From a bacterium (GTDB lineage: Bacteria > Zhuqueibacterota > Zhuqueibacteria > Residuimicrobiales > Krinioviventaceae): a stretch of 64,000 nucleotides of DNA. A program made the translations under genes and the position numbers. The stretch's first letter is position 1. Every line of letters starts with the position of its first letter. Positions 52,369-61,680 of this stretch are shown here, piece by piece. The notes beneath the pieces are model-generated. The model did not search any database. It had not been told where the DNA came from and was given only the letters and a program-made list of their open reading frames with translations. The DNA lies in the NCBI GenBank assembly GCA_963693055.1, contig OY843751.1, positions 448,001-512,000 of the forward strand. Direction: 5' to 3'.

Positions 52369-54312
52369 ATGAGATTCCGAATTACAATTCTACTCCTGCT
52401 GCTGATCACCCTTGCACATGCCAACCCGCGCAAAGTTGAGGTAAAACCGTACAACGGTGCGCCCGCACTGTATGTGGATGGGGAACCGTATCCGCCGTTC
52501 GCGTACATGTCTTATTTTGGCGAGACAGAGTATTACAAACAGGCCGCGGAAGCGGGTATTCATCTCTACTGCTTTCCGGCGTACCTGGGTGACCGGGGTA
52601 TCAATACCAAATCCGGGATTGGTCCTTTTCGTCCGGCGATATGGCAGGCTGCATATACAATGGATTATTCCAGCATTATTACTGATTTTAAAAAGGTGCT
52701 AGAGGCAGATCCCAAGGCTATGGTGATCATTCGCTTACATCTCGATCCACCAGCGTGGTGGGAGACTGCGCATCCCGAGGCGTGCAGGCAGTTACCGGAT
52801 GGCAGTACCTTCCGGCAGTGCTTTGCCTCTGATCAATGGCGAAATGCTACCGGCAAAGTCCTGCGGGAGATTGTTCACTGGCTGTTGGCATCGGATTATT
52901 GGGATAATCTTGTGGGTATTCATCTCGCCGCGGGCGGCACCGAAGAGTGGTTTTATCATATTAACGACTATTATGAGGATGTAAATCCTTCGGTTGCAGT
53001 AATGTTCCGGTTGTGGCTGCGGGAGAAATACGGCAGTCCGGACTCGCTGCAAAAATCCTGGAAAAATGATACAGTTGATTTTAGGTCCGCAATCCCTGCG
53101 GATATCAGTGGTCGGGTGCGCGAGGAGCGTTGGCGCAATCCAGAGACTGAACAGCGCGTGCTGGATACGTTTCGGTTTCACACCCAGACCCTGGTTGACA
53201 ATATCATTTATTTTTGTCAGCTTGTCAAAGAATTCAGCAATGGAGAGCTGCTTACCGGTGCGTTTTACGGCTATCAGTATTTTGTAACAGACGCGCGACG
53301 CGGTCATGGTCCCATGAGCAAATTACTGGACTGTGAGGACCTGGATTTTCTCTCGAGTCCCAATGTCTATGACCGGGTCATGGGAGAAGACTGGCCGCCC
53401 ATGAGCGCGGTACAATCCGTCCAGTTGCACGGCAAACTGTGGCTGGCAGAAAATGATACGCGCACATTCAAAACCGGATTGCTAAAAGATCGTAAACCCG
53501 AGGTCGCTCCGGCAGGACAATATGAGAGCGGTGTGTGGATCGGTCCCGCGGGTGTTGACGAATCCGTTGCGCTGCTTAGAAAAAACAGCACCCGCATGCT
53601 GGCATACAATTACGGCGGATGGTGGTTCGACATGTGGGGCGGCTGGTTCGACAGTCCAGAATTATTGCAGGTATTAAAAGATACGCAAACGCTGTGGCAA
53701 ATGACCGCCGCGGAGCCGGATACCCACCTGCAATCTCAGATTTGTGTGCTGGTGGATGAAGAGTTGGCGTTCTATGATGCCAGTTACGGCAAGCTGGCGG
53801 GAGAGATTTTGGCTAATCGATCTGCATTGGGCAAAACCGGGGCGCCTTATGATCTGTATTTAATATCCGATTGGGACCGCCTGCCGAAATCCCAATATCG
53901 GCTTATTTGGCTGCTGGGTGTTCCGGAGCTTTCAGCGCAGGAAAGGATATCGTTTTCGGAACGGGATGCCATGGTCATCTGGACAAATACAACCACCACT
54001 CGTGTATTGGCACCGGAGCCAGGGCCGGTAATGGAAAGGGTGCGTTTTACTCCGGAGACGCTCAGGCAATGGATAAAGCAAGCCGGGGTGCATAGTTATC
54101 TGTATAGTGAGGATGTGCTGTACGCCGGTAATGGCTGGCTGAGTGTGCATACCATTGCGGGAGGTGAGCGGGAAATTCGGTTGCCGTTTACCGCCAGTGT
54201 TAAGGCCCCCCTGCAAAACAAAGTGATATCAGATAGCTGTGAGCAATTCAGCATTGACCTGCCGGCAAATTCTTCTACCATTCTCAGGGTTAATGCAGTA
54301 GAAAGTAATTAA
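52369..54312 (+). CDS. Exported glycoside hydrolase (GH42/beta-galactosidase-like TIM barrel)
   Basis: Signal peptide; GGTEEW, FRLWLREKYGS...W, WLAENDTRT. Confidence 0.65.
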   Translation: MRFRITILLLLLITLAHANPRKVEVKPYNGAPALYVDGEPYPPFAYMSYFGETEYYKQAAEAGIHLYCFPAYLGDRGINTKSGIGPFRPAIWQAAYTMDYSSIITDFKKVLEADPKAMVIIRLHLDPPAWWETAHPEACRQLPDGSTFRQCFASDQWRNATGKVLREIVHWLLASDYWDNLVGIHLAAGGTEEWFYHINDYYEDVNPSVAVMFRLWLREKYGSPDSLQKSWKNDTVDFRSAIPADISGRVREERWRNPETEQRVLDTFRFHTQTLVDNIIYFCQLVKEFSNGELLTGAFYGYQYFVTDARRGHGPMSKLLDCEDLDFLSSPNVYDRVMGEDWPPMSAVQSVQLHGKLWLAENDTRTFKTGLLKDRKPEVAPAGQYESGVWIGPAGVDESVALLRKNSTRMLAYNYGGWWFDMWGGWFDSPELLQVLKDTQTLWQMTAAEPDTHLQSQICVLVDEELAFYDASYGKLAGEILANRSALGKTGAPYDLYLISDWDRLPKSQYRLIWLLGVPELSAQERISFSERDAMVIWTNTTTTRVLAPEPGPVMERVRFTPETLRQWIKQAGVHSYLYSEDVLYAGNGWLSVHTIAGGEREIRLPFTASVKAPLQNKVISDSCEQFSIDLPANSSTILRVNAVESN

Positions 54313-54397
54313 CCAATTTTTTTCGTGTGTTTCGTGGGCAATTGCAATTCAGCAGTACCAATTCATCCACAAACTTTTGACACCAGAGCAATTTTTA

Positions 54398-55117
54398 TTA
54401 ATACCCAATCCATAACAGATTGCGAAAACGCTGCAAGATGATCTTGCCGATAGGGGTTTCCGCACAACTGTTTTTCAATATTTCGGGATCCTGACCCTCT
54501 TTTGAAAGGTAACGTCTAACCAGATCAATATAGGCGTGCGTAATTTCCACATCAAACTCGGGATGGAATTGTAAGCCCCACATGTGATTGTTGTACCTGA
54601 AAGCCTGATTCGGGTCCATATCGCTATTGGCAAGATGTACCGCTCCGTCAGCAAGCTTTAACGCGCACTGGGTATGGGTCATTTGTCCCAATATGGATTC
54701 ACCCAATCCGCCCAACAGGGGGTCGGTCTGCGCTTCTTCATTCAGGCTAACGCTAAAAGTGCCAAACTCTCGTCCGTTGGGGTTGTCACCGGATTTTCCT
54801 CCCAGTGCCATGTTTAGTAGCTGGTGTCCCCAGCAGATACCCAGCACCGGCAGCATCAGATTTGCCGATGCCCTTAACCAGATAGCGGCTTCGTGCAACC
54901 AGGGATAATCATCGGTAACCATGTAATGAGATCCGCAGATCACCACTCCTGATACATTGCTATGGTCAGGCAGTTTTTGGCCCTGACTGATATCAATGAC
55001 TTTGGCGCTGTCATGAGGGAGTTCCATTGCCGAGAGGATATGCTCTTCAAAATCCCCCCGGTTTGCCACAATTTTAGCTATGGTGCTGCCTGCTTTGATG
55101 ATCAATAGAGGTTTCAT
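54398..55117 (-). CDS. Class I glutamine amidotransferase
   Basis: LGICWGHQ and QFHPE catalytic motifs. Confidence 0.9.
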   Translation of the reverse strand: MKPLLIIKAGSTIAKIVANRGDFEEHILSAMELPHDSAKVIDISQGQKLPDHSNVSGVVICGSHYMVTDDYPWLHEAAIWLRASANLMLPVLGICWGHQLLNMALGGKSGDNPNGREFGTFSVSLNEEAQTDPLLGGLGESILGQMTHTQCALKLADGAVHLANSDMDPNQAFRYNNHMWGLQFHPEFDVEITHAYIDLVRRYLSKEGQDPEILKNSCAETPIGKIILQRFRNLLWIGY

Positions 55118-55145
55118 GAGATAAATCCGGTTTTGTACTACTGGC

Positions 55146-55622
55146 CTATTTTGTTAAAAATGTGATTCTGGTGAATCCTGAATCTTTAATAACAGATAAA
55201 AGTGCATTGACATGAACCATACCAAGCTGACTGTCTATGGATAAATATACACGTTCCGTTTTTTCGGTATAGGGGGCCAAATGTTCTCCTAGTGATTCGT
55301 ATGTTTCAAATCTCGAGTTTAAAACAATATTTCCACTCCTGTCGTAAAATATATGCGGACAAGTCTTGGGTATTTTATAAGCTCTGGCCGTTTTCGCTTT
55401 TGGTAGATTAACATATATCGGTTCCCTGGGAACCAAAACAAGATACGAATGGCCTAAAACAAGAACAAACGATAAAAATACAAGCACCTGCATATTGTGC
55501 TGCATTCTGTAAATGTATTTTAGAGAACGTTTACGAGCATGCCATTTTTCCAGAATAGAGCGACTGGCAAAATATTCCTGTACATTATAAAGCTGTCGTG
55601 GTTTTATTTGATGAAACAGCAT
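55146..55622 (-). CDS. ExbD/TolR-like protein, copy 1
   Basis: Single TM; VNLPKA; VYLSIDSQL...V..L....G..RI C-terminal pattern. Confidence 0.65.
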   Translation of the reverse strand: MLFHQIKPRQLYNVQEYFASRSILEKWHARKRSLKYIYRMQHNMQVLVFLSFVLVLGHSYLVLVPREPIYVNLPKAKTARAYKIPKTCPHIFYDRSGNIVLNSRFETYESLGEHLAPYTEKTERVYLSIDSQLGMVHVNALLSVIKDSGFTRITFLTK

Positions 55623-55645
55623 AACCCTGCCCTCATATTCCTTTT

Positions 55646-56155
55646 TTATCTGGCTGTTGAACTGTTCGGATTGGTTATATAAACAATATCATTAAATCCT
55701 GTCTGGTTCAGAATGGCAATCACCTGATAGACCTGCTCCATCCTTACATTGCGATCAATGGTTAAAAACGCCCGGTCGCTTTTACCGGCATACTCTTGCA
55801 AGCCGTCTCCAAGTGTGTCAAATGTATGAAAACTGGCGTCAAGCGTCATGTTGCCAGCCCGATCCATCCAGATTTTGGGATTATTGTCAGTTATTGTATG
55901 CCATTGCGCGCTTGATGCTTTTGGCAGGATACACATGAGGCCTGGTGTCTCTGCTGTGGGTTGTATACCGAAAAAGGCAATACTGCCCAACCGACAGGCA
56001 AATGATAAAAAGAAAAAGATCCAGAGATTGTGCCTGATCCGGTTCAGATAGCGATATTTCTTTTTACGAACAGCCCACCTTTCGATGAATGAATCTACCG
56101 AGCCATAATCTCTGATATTATACGGCTGTCCCGGTTTGGGTTGATGTACCAGCAT
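55646..56155 (-). CDS. ExbD/TolR-like protein, copy 2
   Basis: Single TM; ILPKAS; AFLTIDRNV...V..V...L...G...I. Confidence 0.65.
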   Translation of the reverse strand: MLVHQPKPGQPYNIRDYGSVDSFIERWAVRKKKYRYLNRIRHNLWIFFFLSFACRLGSIAFFGIQPTAETPGLMCILPKASSAQWHTITDNNPKIWMDRAGNMTLDASFHTFDTLGDGLQEYAGKSDRAFLTIDRNVRMEQVYQVIAILNQTGFNDIVYITNPNSSTAR

Positions 56156-56182
56156 GCGTTTCCCCTCCAGTGTGAATTTAGA

Positions 56183-56701
56183 TCATGCGTTTCGAATCCA
56201 TTTTAATGCAGCGGCATCTCCCAACCCTATTCCAAACCCAAGTATGGCACCCAACGGTACATTGACCAGAATCCCTTTCCAGGTAAATAAATCCATATAG
56301 AAAAGATGATGCACCAGGCTGGAGATGAAAAATAATAGCGATGCAAGAACAGTCAATGTCAATATGCTCAATATCGTGTTTTGGATGGTGATTTTATTAT
56401 AAATAATAATAGAAATGAAAAGGGCAATGAAATATCCCCATAATACAAAATAGGCAACAGGATTGTGCATTTGTGTCAGTAATCCCAGTGTGATCAGAAT
56501 AAATAGATTCAAATAGGTTGCATTGCGTAACTGGTTTTGTTTGATCAAAGCCAGCGAAGCCGAACCGGAAAATCCCAGCAGCAACAAATAAAATAAAGGA
56601 TGCTGAGGATTGTTGAATCCTGTCCCTAAAATCAGGATAGCAAACAATCCGCAAAAAACTGTTCCCAGCAACGTAGATATAATTATAGCTTTGTATTTCA
56701 C
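56183..56701 (-). CDS. Hypothetical integral membrane protein
   Basis: About six hydrophobic segments. Confidence 0.65.
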   Translation of the reverse strand: MKYKAIIISTLLGTVFCGLFAILILGTGFNNPQHPLFYLLLLGFSGSASLALIKQNQLRNATYLNLFILITLGLLTQMHNPVAYFVLWGYFIALFISIIIYNKITIQNTILSILTLTVLASLLFFISSLVHHLFYMDLFTWKGILVNVPLGAILGFGIGLGDAAALKWIRNA

Positions 56702-56926
56702 AAGCCCCCACTATTTTTTAATTATCAGGGTTAATTTAGATACACCATAGCATAGGATTTATTTAAAAATATAATCAAAAATATGAGTGATTTAAAGAAC
56801 TTTTCGATATGTAAAGCATTATAACAGTAACACCAAGTTGATTTGTATTGTATTAATTGCTATTTTGAAAGATATATTGTAGTATTTTAGGGATTTTGAT
56901 TGGATAATAAAAAATACTGCAAAATT

Positions 56927-56954
56927 GGGAATAATACCGGATTCCGGTTGTCTA
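56927..56954 (+). promoter_or_regulatory. ECF-sigma-type promoter (putative autoregulatory)
   Basis: GGGAAT-N17-GTCTA; near-copy at 58629. Confidence 0.65.
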
Positions 56955-56972
56955 AATGTTAAAGGGCGAGTT

Positions 56973-57524
56973 ATAGAAAAGACTGACGCACAATTATTGC
57001 GTGAGGCGCGCGAGGAAAGTGGTGATTCTTTTAACGAGCTGGTTAGGAGGTACGAGTCCCGTGTAGCTGCGACCGTAGTGGGAATGTTGGGACGATGCCC
57101 TGAAGCAGATGACGTAGGCCAGGAAACGTTTATCCGGTTCTACAAAGCCATGCATGATTTTCGTGGCGATGCGGAATTGGGAACGTATTTGACACGGATC
57201 GCCATTAATTTGTCATTGAATGAATTGAAAAGGAGAAAACGCCGGTTTCAGGTGTTTCCCAAATCTACAGATTCAGTGCATGACATGACAGATGACAGCA
57301 TAAATCCTGATGCAGGTGACACCAAAACAGTGATCAACAAGGCTTTACAAAAGCTGGAACCGGATTTTAGATCAGTTATTGTACTGCGGCTTGTACAGGG
57401 ATATTCCACAAAAGAGTCAGCAGCAATGCTGAATATTCCCGAGGGAACCGTACTGTCACGGTTGGCCCGTGCGCAATTAAAGTTAAAAAAAATACTCGAA
57501 CCCTTAATGGGAGAGCAAGAATGA
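56973..57524 (+). CDS. ECF sigma-70 factor (start codon uncertain)
   Basis: DAQLL, ADDVGQETF, YLTRIAIN region 2; LNIPEGTVLSRLARA region 4. Confidence 0.9.
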   Translation: MEKTDAQLLREAREESGDSFNELVRRYESRVAATVVGMLGRCPEADDVGQETFIRFYKAMHDFRGDAELGTYLTRIAINLSLNELKRRKRRFQVFPKSTDSVHDMTDDSINPDAGDTKTVINKALQKLEPDFRSVIVLRLVQGYSTKESAAMLNIPEGTVLSRLARAQLKLKKILEPLMGEQE

Positions 57525-57958
57525 AGAAAATGCAGGAACTGTTAATACGATCTTTTGATCAGATCCTGTCAGTGAAGGAACAGCAGGAACTGGACCAGGC
57601 CCTGGAACAGTCAGAAGAGCTTCGCCAGGAAAAAGAACAGCTTGAAAGCATGCGAAATCTTTTATCAGCAGGGGCAGAAGAGTCTTTTCGGCCCATGTTT
57701 GCTGAACGGGTCATGAACCGGATAACAACCAAAAGTGCGCGGCAACCCACCAGTGAAATGGAGTTTTTTGATTCTCTTTTGCATATTTTTCGCAAAGTTG
57801 CCATTGCCGGTGCTATAGCAATTGTGGTGCTTGCTTCGGCTCAGTTGATTGTAAATAATCCATCTACAACAACAACTGCAACGAAGAATGTATCTGAAAT
57901 GTCATTGGATGATGTGCTGGTTTCCGCATTTATTTCCTCAATGGAGGATATACTATGA
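57521..57958 (+). CDS. Putative anti-sigma factor
   Basis: Overlaps the sigma stop codon; helical N-terminus, FAERVM, single TM. Confidence 0.75.
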   Translation: MKKMQELLIRSFDQILSVKEQQELDQALEQSEELRQEKEQLESMRNLLSAGAEESFRPMFAERVMNRITTKSARQPTSEMEFFDSLLHIFRKVAIAGAIAIVVLASAQLIVNNPSTTTTATKNVSEMSLDDVLVSAFISSMEDIL

Positions 57959-58473
57959 CCGTACAGACCAAATCTTCATTAATACTGTTAGTGACACTGC
58001 TTTTGGGGATAATGATTGGCGCCCTGGGAATGAACTTTTATAAAAATCAGAGGATGGTGCAATTCAAAGATTTCAGAGAGCGTGAAATGTTTATGGGACT
58101 GCATGAGCGTATTATTCAGCCCCATTCCGAAGCACAACGCGATTCTATTATGCAGGTGCTGGATAAATATTTACCCCGTTTTAAAGAATTGCATGAAAAA
58201 AATAAAGACGAGATAGCAGTTATTATAGATTCGTTGCAAAATGATCTAAAACCAATTTTATCTGAGGAACAATGGCAGCGATTGATTGAGCGGCGTGAAC
58301 GTATGGACCGTTGGGGCGGTCCGGACAAGTTTGGTCCTCCCCCCGGCGACAGACCTTTTCCCGGTCCACATGAGGGAAAAGACTGGAAAGATCGCAGACC
58401 TCCGGGGCCTAATGATATGCCCCCGCATGGAGGTGATGGCATGCGTCCGCAGCCCCCTCAAGCTCCTCAATAA
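57955..58473 (+). CDS. Membrane-anchored periplasmic accessory protein (Spy/CpxP-like helices, Pro/Gly tail)
   Basis: N-terminal TM, LSEEQW motif, Pro-rich tail; coupled to the anti-sigma gene. Confidence 0.6.
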   Translation: MTVQTKSSLILLVTLLLGIMIGALGMNFYKNQRMVQFKDFREREMFMGLHERIIQPHSEAQRDSIMQVLDKYLPRFKELHEKNKDEIAVIIDSLQNDLKPILSEEQWQRLIERRERMDRWGGPDKFGPPPGDRPFPGPHEGKDWKDRRPPGPNDMPPHGGDGMRPQPPQAPQ

Positions 58474-58489
58474 GCGTATATACAAATTT

Positions 58490-58526
58490 AAAAAGGTGGT
58501 TCGATAATTCGGAACACCTTTTTTTT
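58490..58526 (+). terminator. Intrinsic terminator
   Basis: aaaaaggtggttcg-ataatt-cggaacacc followed by a T run. Confidence 0.7.
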
Positions 58527-58628
58527 ATTAAAAAAAATAGTTCCGTTTTTCTTCGTTATGGCCCTAACCTCTTGTATATCTTGATAAATAGGTATATTGA
58601 ATTAATTGCAATGCATGTAACCTCTTTT

Positions 58629-58657
58629 GGGAATGTTACCGGATTTGGGATTGTCTA
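58629..58657 (+). promoter_or_regulatory. ECF-sigma-type promoter
   Basis: GGGAAT-N18-GTCTA, sharing taccggatt in the spacer with the 56927 copy. Confidence 0.65.
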
Positions 58658-58714
58658 ATTTTCGTAACAGGTAATAAAGGAGAATAATCAAATCATTTAC
58701 CAAAGGAGAAAATC

Positions 58715-59851
58715 ATGAAGAAAAGAGCTTTTATCAACACGGCGGTTACGATAATATTTTTGTTCGGGCTTTTATTTTTTGGGGAAGAAATTCTATTGGC
58801 TCAACCCGGTAATGGAATGGGGCATCACGATGATAAAGGAATGCACGCATCATTTTTTGAATTGCTCACAAAAGATCAGTTAGCGGAAATACAATCACTT
58901 GTTGAAACCCTGCGAGAAGCGGGCAGTGACCGTGAGGCGGTTCGTAAAGCTGTGGACGCCAAATTGGACGAGTGGGGTGTTGAGCGCCCGGAACCCCCTA
59001 AAGGTGGTGGACATGGTATGCATGGTGGTCCTTTTGCGGATCTGACAGAAGAACAGCGTGCCGAACTGGAGACGCTCGTTAAAACCCTGCGCGAGGCGGG
59101 CAGTGACCGTGAGGTGGTTCGTAAAGCTGTGGACGCCAAGCTGGACGAGTGGGGTATTGAACGCCTGGAACCTCCGGAAGGGGGAAGATATGGCGGTCCC
59201 GGTAAACACGGAATGCCTTTTAAAGATTTGTTGACCGATGAACAGCAAACAGAGCTGGAGACCATGATCAGTAGCATGAGAGATGCCGGCAGTAGTCGTG
59301 ACGAGGTTCACGAGGCAGTAGAGTCTAAACTGGAAGAGTGGGGTATAGAGATCCCTGAGAAACCAGATCAGAACATTCATGAAGCTATGAAGGGCTTGAC
59401 AGCGGATCAACGCAAACAGGTACACGAGCTGGTCAAAGACATGCATGAGCAGGGAGCTGAACGTAAAGTAATTCAGGACGCAGTCAAGAGTATGTTGGAA
59501 TCGTTTGGGATAGAAATGGGTGACAGTTCCGAATCCGGTGATTCGAAAGTCGAAACTCAAAACAATTATGGAAGTACAATCCTGGCTGCAAGCAATTTCC
59601 CCAATCCTTTTAATCCTGAAACCCGGATCAGTTTTGAGCTGGGTAAAGCCGCTAGAGTAAGAGTGTCTGTTTATAATGTTAAAGGCCAGCTGGTAAATAC
59701 CTTGATGGATGAGTATCGTAATGAAGGGACCTGTCAGGTACAATGGAACGGAACGCTGGGAAATGGGGATACCGCGCCTTCGGGTATGTATTTTTTTAAA
59801 ATAAATGCCGATGATGAAACATTAACTGAAAGCATGTTATTAATGAAATAA
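58715..59851 (+). CDS. Secreted protein with four helical repeats and a C-terminal FlgD-like/T9SS-type sorting domain
   Basis: LTxxQxxE...LRxAGxxRE.V..AV..KL.EWG repeats; NFPNPFNPET...SGMYF...MLLMK. Confidence 0.85.
   Translation: MKKRAFINTAVTIIFLFGLLFFGEEILLAQPGNGMGHHDDKGMHASFFELLTKDQLAEIQSLVETLREAGSDREAVRKAVDAKLDEWGVERPEPPKGGGHGMHGGPFADLTEEQRAELETLVKTLREAGSDREVVRKAVDAKLDEWGIERLEPPEGGRYGGPGKHGMPFKDLLTDEQQTELETMISSMRDAGSSRDEVHEAVESKLEEWGIEIPEKPDQNIHEAMKGLTADQRKQVHELVKDMHEQGAERKVIQDAVKSMLESFGIEMGDSSESGDSKVETQNNYGSTILAASNFPNPFNPETRISFELGKAARVRVSVYNVKGQLVNTLMDEYRNEGTCQVQWNGTLGNGDTAPSGMYFFKINADDETLTESMLLMK
58898..59175 (+). repeat. Intragenic direct repeat, 177 bp period
   Basis: aaaccctgcg.ga.gcgggcagtgaccgtgagg.ggttcgtaaagctgtggacgccaa..tggacgagtggggt present twice. 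Confidence 0.85.
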
Positions 59852-59956
59852 GGAAAATTTTCCGGTAGGTTTTGGAAAAAAGGCGGTTATTTCATATAGT
59901 ATTTACTAGAAGTAACCGGAAGTCAAACAAAGATTTTAAAACTTACCGGAGGACAA

Positions 59957-60784
59957 ATGTACAATACTCGTAGTAGTTTGTATGACAGGATATTAGAAAA
60001 AACACCCGAGCAAGTATTCATCAATTCTTTACGAAAAGAATTTGAATTATCACCGGCAGAAAGTAAAGGGATATTGGATTTAGCCAAGCAGTGTTTATTT
60101 GGCGAGGTTCCCCAGACAGTTGGTAAAATAAAATATATCTGCGCATCCACCAAGGCAAAACATGGCAAGCCCCTGGGTGAGCAGGAATTGAAAGAAGTAG
60201 AGTTAACACTGGATGCCGGTGTAGAAGATTTAAATGTATTAAAAGAAAGCGGTCCCAAGGCACTGCGCCAGTTAAAGGTCTTACGATTGACCGAAGAAGC
60301 CTGGGATCAGGAAGGTTCTTTGACACAAGAGGATTTGGCCCGGATCCTCCAGGTTACGAGCCGCACTGTACGCCAGGATATAAAGTCTTTGCAGACTGAT
60401 GGCAACTTTATTCACACGCGCGGAACAGACCATGACATCGGTCGGAGCTTGTCACACAAAAGCCACATTATTGAACTGTATTTGCAGGGAGACACATACG
60501 ATGCAATTATTCGTAAAAGTCGTCATAGCGCGTTTTCAATAAAACGATATGTGTGCAGCTTTGGCAGGCTGTTGTTATTACTGAATCATGGTATGCAGGA
60601 TATCAAAGAGATCAGTCGGTTATTAGGCCAAAGTGAGCGTTTGACCCGTGAGTACCTGGATATTTTTGAGCATCATAAACAGGGTGACAAATGGCCGCCG
60701 ATCTATGTAGAGTTATTGGAGCAATTAAAGGTGTTATACCCCTCGAAAAAAAAACAAACCAAGGAGGGGATCGATGAAGACTAA
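59957..60784 (+). CDS. DUF1670-like protein A1
   Basis: EAWDQEGSLTQEDLARIL HTH; TRG..HDIG..LSHK; RHS..SIKRY. Confidence 0.8.
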   Translation: MYNTRSSLYDRILEKTPEQVFINSLRKEFELSPAESKGILDLAKQCLFGEVPQTVGKIKYICASTKAKHGKPLGEQELKEVELTLDAGVEDLNVLKESGPKALRQLKVLRLTEEAWDQEGSLTQEDLARILQVTSRTVRQDIKSLQTDGNFIHTRGTDHDIGRSLSHKSHIIELYLQGDTYDAIIRKSRHSAFSIKRYVCSFGRLLLLLNHGMQDIKEISRLLGQSERLTREYLDIFEHHKQGDKWPPIYVELLEQLKVLYPSKKKQTKEGIDED

Positions 60785-61589
60785 GCCTTTAAATCGTTAT
60801 GAATCAATAGCTAAGCGTAGCTTTCAAAATGCGATTATTCGATTACTGGAAGAAAATTATAAAATGCTGGGAAGCCACAAAGTCATCCGGATGATTGCGG
60901 AAGATATTGTCGCATTGCAAAATGAATTTTATCCAGAGCTGGAAAAGAAAAGTTTTGGTCAGATTATCTGGCGGACAACCAAAGCGACAAACCGAAAGCC
61001 AAGCTATGGCACAAAAGCGGAAGATTATGAGGTTCAGACAGTTGTGCTACCGTTGGTAACAGATGCGGATATTGACAATCGTATCAAAAGCCATTATTCT
61101 TATCCCCCAAAAGATGGCAGTGCTAATTATGAAAAACAAACAGAACGGGATATTAAAGTAATGGCGCGGTTATGCAAGAGTGCGGCAGAACAGGGCGGCT
61201 GGTTGACAGGTGCAGAACTCAGTGTATTGTTGAATCGCTCATTAAACACTATTGGTCGGTATATGACAATTTATCATGAAACGCATGATGATATATTGCC
61301 GACTAAAGGAATGATGCTGGATCAGGGCAGTAAGCCGACGCATAAAGCCGCAATTATAGATTTGTACGAGCAGGGATATCCCGAACCGGATATCGCCCGG
61401 ATTACAAATCACACAATTGAATCAACGAGTCGGTATTTAAAGAGTTACAAGAACGTAAAATCATTATTGGAAAAAGGTTTTAATTTAATGGAAATGGTAA
61501 GAATAACCGGATTAGGACGGAGTACAATATTACAATACCGTGATCTGGTTTATCATTATCATTCAGATTTAATACAAAAGAAAACTTGA
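60774..61589 (+). CDS. DUF1670-like protein B1
   Basis: SAAEQGGWLT..ELS.LL; PTKG...D.G..PTHK; NHT..S.SRY; RBS aaggagg. Confidence 0.8.
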   Translation: MKTKPLNRYESIAKRSFQNAIIRLLEENYKMLGSHKVIRMIAEDIVALQNEFYPELEKKSFGQIIWRTTKATNRKPSYGTKAEDYEVQTVVLPLVTDADIDNRIKSHYSYPPKDGSANYEKQTERDIKVMARLCKSAAEQGGWLTGAELSVLLNRSLNTIGRYMTIYHETHDDILPTKGMMLDQGSKPTHKAAIIDLYEQGYPEPDIARITNHTIESTSRYLKSYKNVKSLLEKGFNLMEMVRITGLGRSTILQYRDLVYHYHSDLIQKKT

Positions 61590-61620
61590 AAATTTGAAAA
61601 GGAATTAATAGGTTAGGTTG

Positions 61621-61680
61621 TCATTGTTTTTCAGCTAACTCCAGTCGCCCTACGAGCTCCTTTCGTTAGCTGAAAAAATG
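61621..61680. other. Long stem-loop downstream of B1, inside element 1
   Basis: tttttcagctaac...gttagctgaaaaa 13 bp stem enclosing tccagtcgccctacgagctcctttc. Confidence 0.7.

Noticed and set aside
58895-59743. 282 aa antisense ORF and the many other shadow ORFs in the track
   Set aside because: They overlap well-supported genes, lack recognisable motifs and are explained by codon bias or internal repeats.
59846-59850. Classical DDE-type target-site duplication
   Set aside because: The AAATA core abuts the left IR but is offset 6 bp from the right IR, which fits a recombination core better; a TSD cannot be fully excluded.
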